From positions 1-64,000 of the IMG/VR virus record IMGVR_UViG_3300032265_003945: a DNA stretch of 64,000 nt; one strand, given 5' to 3'. This document shows, one piece after another, positions 62,034-64,000 of this stretch. The notes beneath the pieces were generated by a model. The model was not told where the DNA came from. It worked only from the letters and a program-made list of their open reading frames with translations, and did no database searches. Origin of the DNA: a virus. Within the stretch, counting starts at the first letter, position 1. Every line of letters starts with the position of its first letter. The translations under genes and the position numbers were made by a program.

Positions 62034-62333
62034 ATGCGTAAAGTATTTTTTGTAACGATCGCCACAGCCTCGCTACTCTCAGTTGCCTGCGGAGATTCAA
62101 CAGATTCAAAATCAACAACAACTTCATCTAGCGCTACCTCTTCATCGGTGGCTTCTAGCTCCGGTGCTGGCGGCGCCGCATCAACCAGCTCATCGGATGC
62201 CTCTGCTTCGAGCGCTACGGGTACAGGCGGAGCTTCGAGCGTTGCTACAGGTGCCGGAGGCGCAGGAGGCGCCGGATCGGGCGGAGGAGCATCTTCTTCA
62301 TCGGTTGCCGTTTCGTCATCATCTGGTATGTGA
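62034..62333 (+). CDS. Small Ser/Gly/Ala-rich lipoprotein
   Basis: AAGGA RBS, signal peptide MRKVFFVTIATASLLSVA-C with a lipobox, and a low-complexity mature part. Confidence 0.75.
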   Translation: MRKVFFVTIATASLLSVACGDSTDSKSTTTSSSATSSSVASSSGAGGAASTSSSDASASSATGTGGASSVATGAGGAGGAGSGGGASSSSVAVSSSSGM

Positions 62334-62357
62334 CAATTAACTAAAATATTGTTGTAT

Positions 62358-62392
62358 AAAAACCCTCCGAGATATTTTCCGGAGGGTTTTTT
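62358..62392 (+). terminator. Intrinsic terminator after lipoprotein gene
   Basis: Inverted repeat aaaaaccctccg / cggagggttttt with a U-tract. Confidence 0.8.
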
Positions 62393-62426
62393 ATATTATA
62401 ATTTAAAATTAATAATTTGATATGTA

Positions 62427-62609
62427 ATGATGGCTCCCATCAAAAAGCTAATCGAAGGAATTGATTTCGTTTGCGTGGATGGGAAATTGATATGGACCGA
62501 AAAATTCTTGCTGGAGAGAGGGTTTTGCTGTAATGGAAGATGCCCTAATTGTCCGTATAAAATAAAAAATAATCTATCAATAAAAAAAAATCATAATTAT
62601 GAAAAATAA
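62427..62609 (+). CDS. DUF5522-like small Cys-rich protein
   Basis: WTEKFLLERGFCCNGRCPNCPY. Confidence 0.7.
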   Translation: MMAPIKKLIEGIDFVCVDGKLIWTEKFLLERGFCCNGRCPNCPYKIKNNLSIKKNHNYEK

Positions 62610-64000
62610 TATTTGTTACTTAACAGATTTTTTTTATAAGAAAGCCTCCGAAAAAATTGACACAGATTTATCTTTTGAAGCGGAGGAAATCTATCCACTC
62701 TTAAATAAGATGGGGTGTAAATCTATTTCAGATGCAGAAAAATATTTAAAAAATAAAATTATTCCCCTAATCAAAGAAATAGATTATATCTATCTTTTAC
62801 CTAAAAAAAATCCATCCGGAGCATTAATTGGATCAATGGGTAGCTTACACTTGCTCACAGATGCAAGAGTTTCAGATTCTTCTCGGGAAGATTTAATTGG
62901 CTCTGGTGATGGAGTAAAGAATTTAATTCTTTATAGTTTTAACAAAGATATTTCGGAAAAAGAAATTGAGGATTACTTTAAAACGGTTCCAATAAACGAA
63001 TCTCCAACAGTGGCGCATTACTATTGGGTCGGGGAAGCATTGTCTCTTCTGTTAAATTTAAATCTAAAAGATGAAAATTTTGGAAATTGCTTTGAACAAT
63101 TTGTTATTAAAAATAAATCTAAATTAGATGAATTGAATCAATTTAAAACTATTTCAGAGCCTAATTTTTTGGGACAAGGGGCTCAAGGAGTTGTTTTTTT
63201 ATTAGACCCTGGTAAAAAAGGAGAGTCGACAGCTAAAGTAGTTAAAATTTACACAAATAATGATTTGCACGAGTCAAATAAAAAAAGCTTTAATGATTTG
63301 TATCAAAATCCCAGTTTGTCCGGTACAGAGATGAGGTTTTATGACCTTGGTAAGTTGGGTGATTTTTATTTTGATAACTATTCATTGCCCATTTATTATA
63401 CAGTAATGGATTTAGTTGAGCCGGTTTTTGATAAAGCTGAAGATTATTCAGAAAAATCTGATATTGAAAGAAAAATAAATAAGGTAACTGACTGTATTCA
63501 TTCTGCCATGTTGGATTGTACAGGAGAATCTCGAAAACAATTAATTAAATTAACAAAATTAACAGAAGCAGAAAAAAACTCCTTGTTTAAAAAAATTAAT
63601 AATTTAGTCTCTGAATATTTAAACTCTTCAATAAAAAATTATATAAAAGATTCTTTTAAATTAAGAGATAATTGGTTAGAGAAATTTACAGAAGAGTACG
63701 TCTTTAAGTGGATGACTGGTCGACGAGATTTAGCTTGTAGAAATCTAGGAGTTAATTCTAATGGCTATTTAGTATATTATGATCCCTACTACCCATCGTA
63801 TGATGTTGGGGGTATAAGAAATAAAGATTCGACTTTAAATATAAATAATATTAATAAGTTAGCTAATCGTTTTTATAGATTAGCATCTGAAAATAAATTT
63901 GCTTGGGTAGAGGATGCTGAAGTTCCTCCTGAGCCTGGATCTACCCCTATTCCTGGCGGGCATGTAAGGTTTTACCACTATACAGGGGTAAATGAACCAA
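62599..64000 (+). CDS. Protein kinase-like multidomain protein, truncated by window end; probable ART-like domain begins at the edge
   Basis: Not in ORF track. The frame is open from ATG 62599 to the end and contains LGQGAQGVVF, KVVKIY, YTVMDL, RRDLACRNLG and VYYDP, then HVRFYHYT. Confidence 0.8.
   Translation, partial: MKNNICYLTDFFYKKASEKIDTDLSFEAEEIYPLLNKMGCKSISDAEKYLKNKIIPLIKEIDYIYLLPKKNPSGALIGSMGSLHLLTDARVSDSSREDLIGSGDGVKNLILYSFNKDISEKEIEDYFKTVPINESPTVAHYYWVGEALSLLLNLNLKDENFGNCFEQFVIKNKSKLDELNQFKTISEPNFLGQGAQGVVFLLDPGKKGESTAKVVKIYTNNDLHESNKKSFNDLYQNPSLSGTEMRFYDLGKLGDFYFDNYSLPIYYTVMDLVEPVFDKAEDYSEKSDIERKINKVTDCIHSAMLDCTGESRKQLIKLTKLTEAEKNSLFKKINNLVSEYLNSSIKNYIKDSFKLRDNWLEKFTEEYVFKWMTGRRDLACRNLGVNSNGYLVYYDPYYPSYDVGGIRNKDSTLNINNINKLANRFYRLASENKFAWVEDAEVPPEPGSTPIPGGHVRFYHYTGVNEP

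Noticed and set aside
800-62340. Numerous 60-115 aa ORFs nested in or antisense to long genes
   Set aside because: They are shadow ORFs with no motifs or RBS, lying mostly or wholly within well-supported genes.
1-64000. CRISPR array or long DNA tandem repeats
   Set aside because: No regularly spaced direct repeats seen; the repeats found are protein-level (collagen, fibre, low complexity).
1-64000. Alternative genetic code (stop recoding)
   Set aside because: Very long ORFs are intact under the standard code, and TAA, TAG and TGA all end genes at sensible boundaries.

Overview
AT-rich, gene-dense segment (standard genetic code) that reads as the virion morphogenesis region of a large, probably jumbo, contractile-tailed phage. 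Most of it is one minus-strand run. In transcription order it encodes neck/adaptor candidates, a collagen-repeat fibre, a holin-like protein, very large virion proteins, tail completion, sheath, tube, a tail chaperone with a clear -1 frameshift, tape measure, hub, spike, gp25-like wedge, a giant baseplate-J, and LamG- and dockerin-like proteins. It ends in a glycosylation cluster (three glycosyltransferases and a truncated NDP-sugar dehydratase) with an Fpg/Nei glycosylase embedded. Free-standing HNH and LAGLIDADG endonucleases sit between structural genes. The right end carries a methyltransferase, a DUF2156-like GNAT, tRNA-Ser(GGA), a Ser/Gly-rich lipoprotein and a kinase ORF missing from the track that runs off the window. 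The most notable signals are: (1) strong enrichment of the tripeptide DGY in head/neck/fibre proteins, a candidate modification sequon; (2) a shared LxN/DxFxK/RxA motif at the start of, and between domains of, candidate packaged effectors, including a kinase/ART-like polyprotein; (3) a frameshifted SET gene and a mosaic of HNH, TnpB and SET remnants. All functional calls come from motifs read by eye and gene order; no database search was run.
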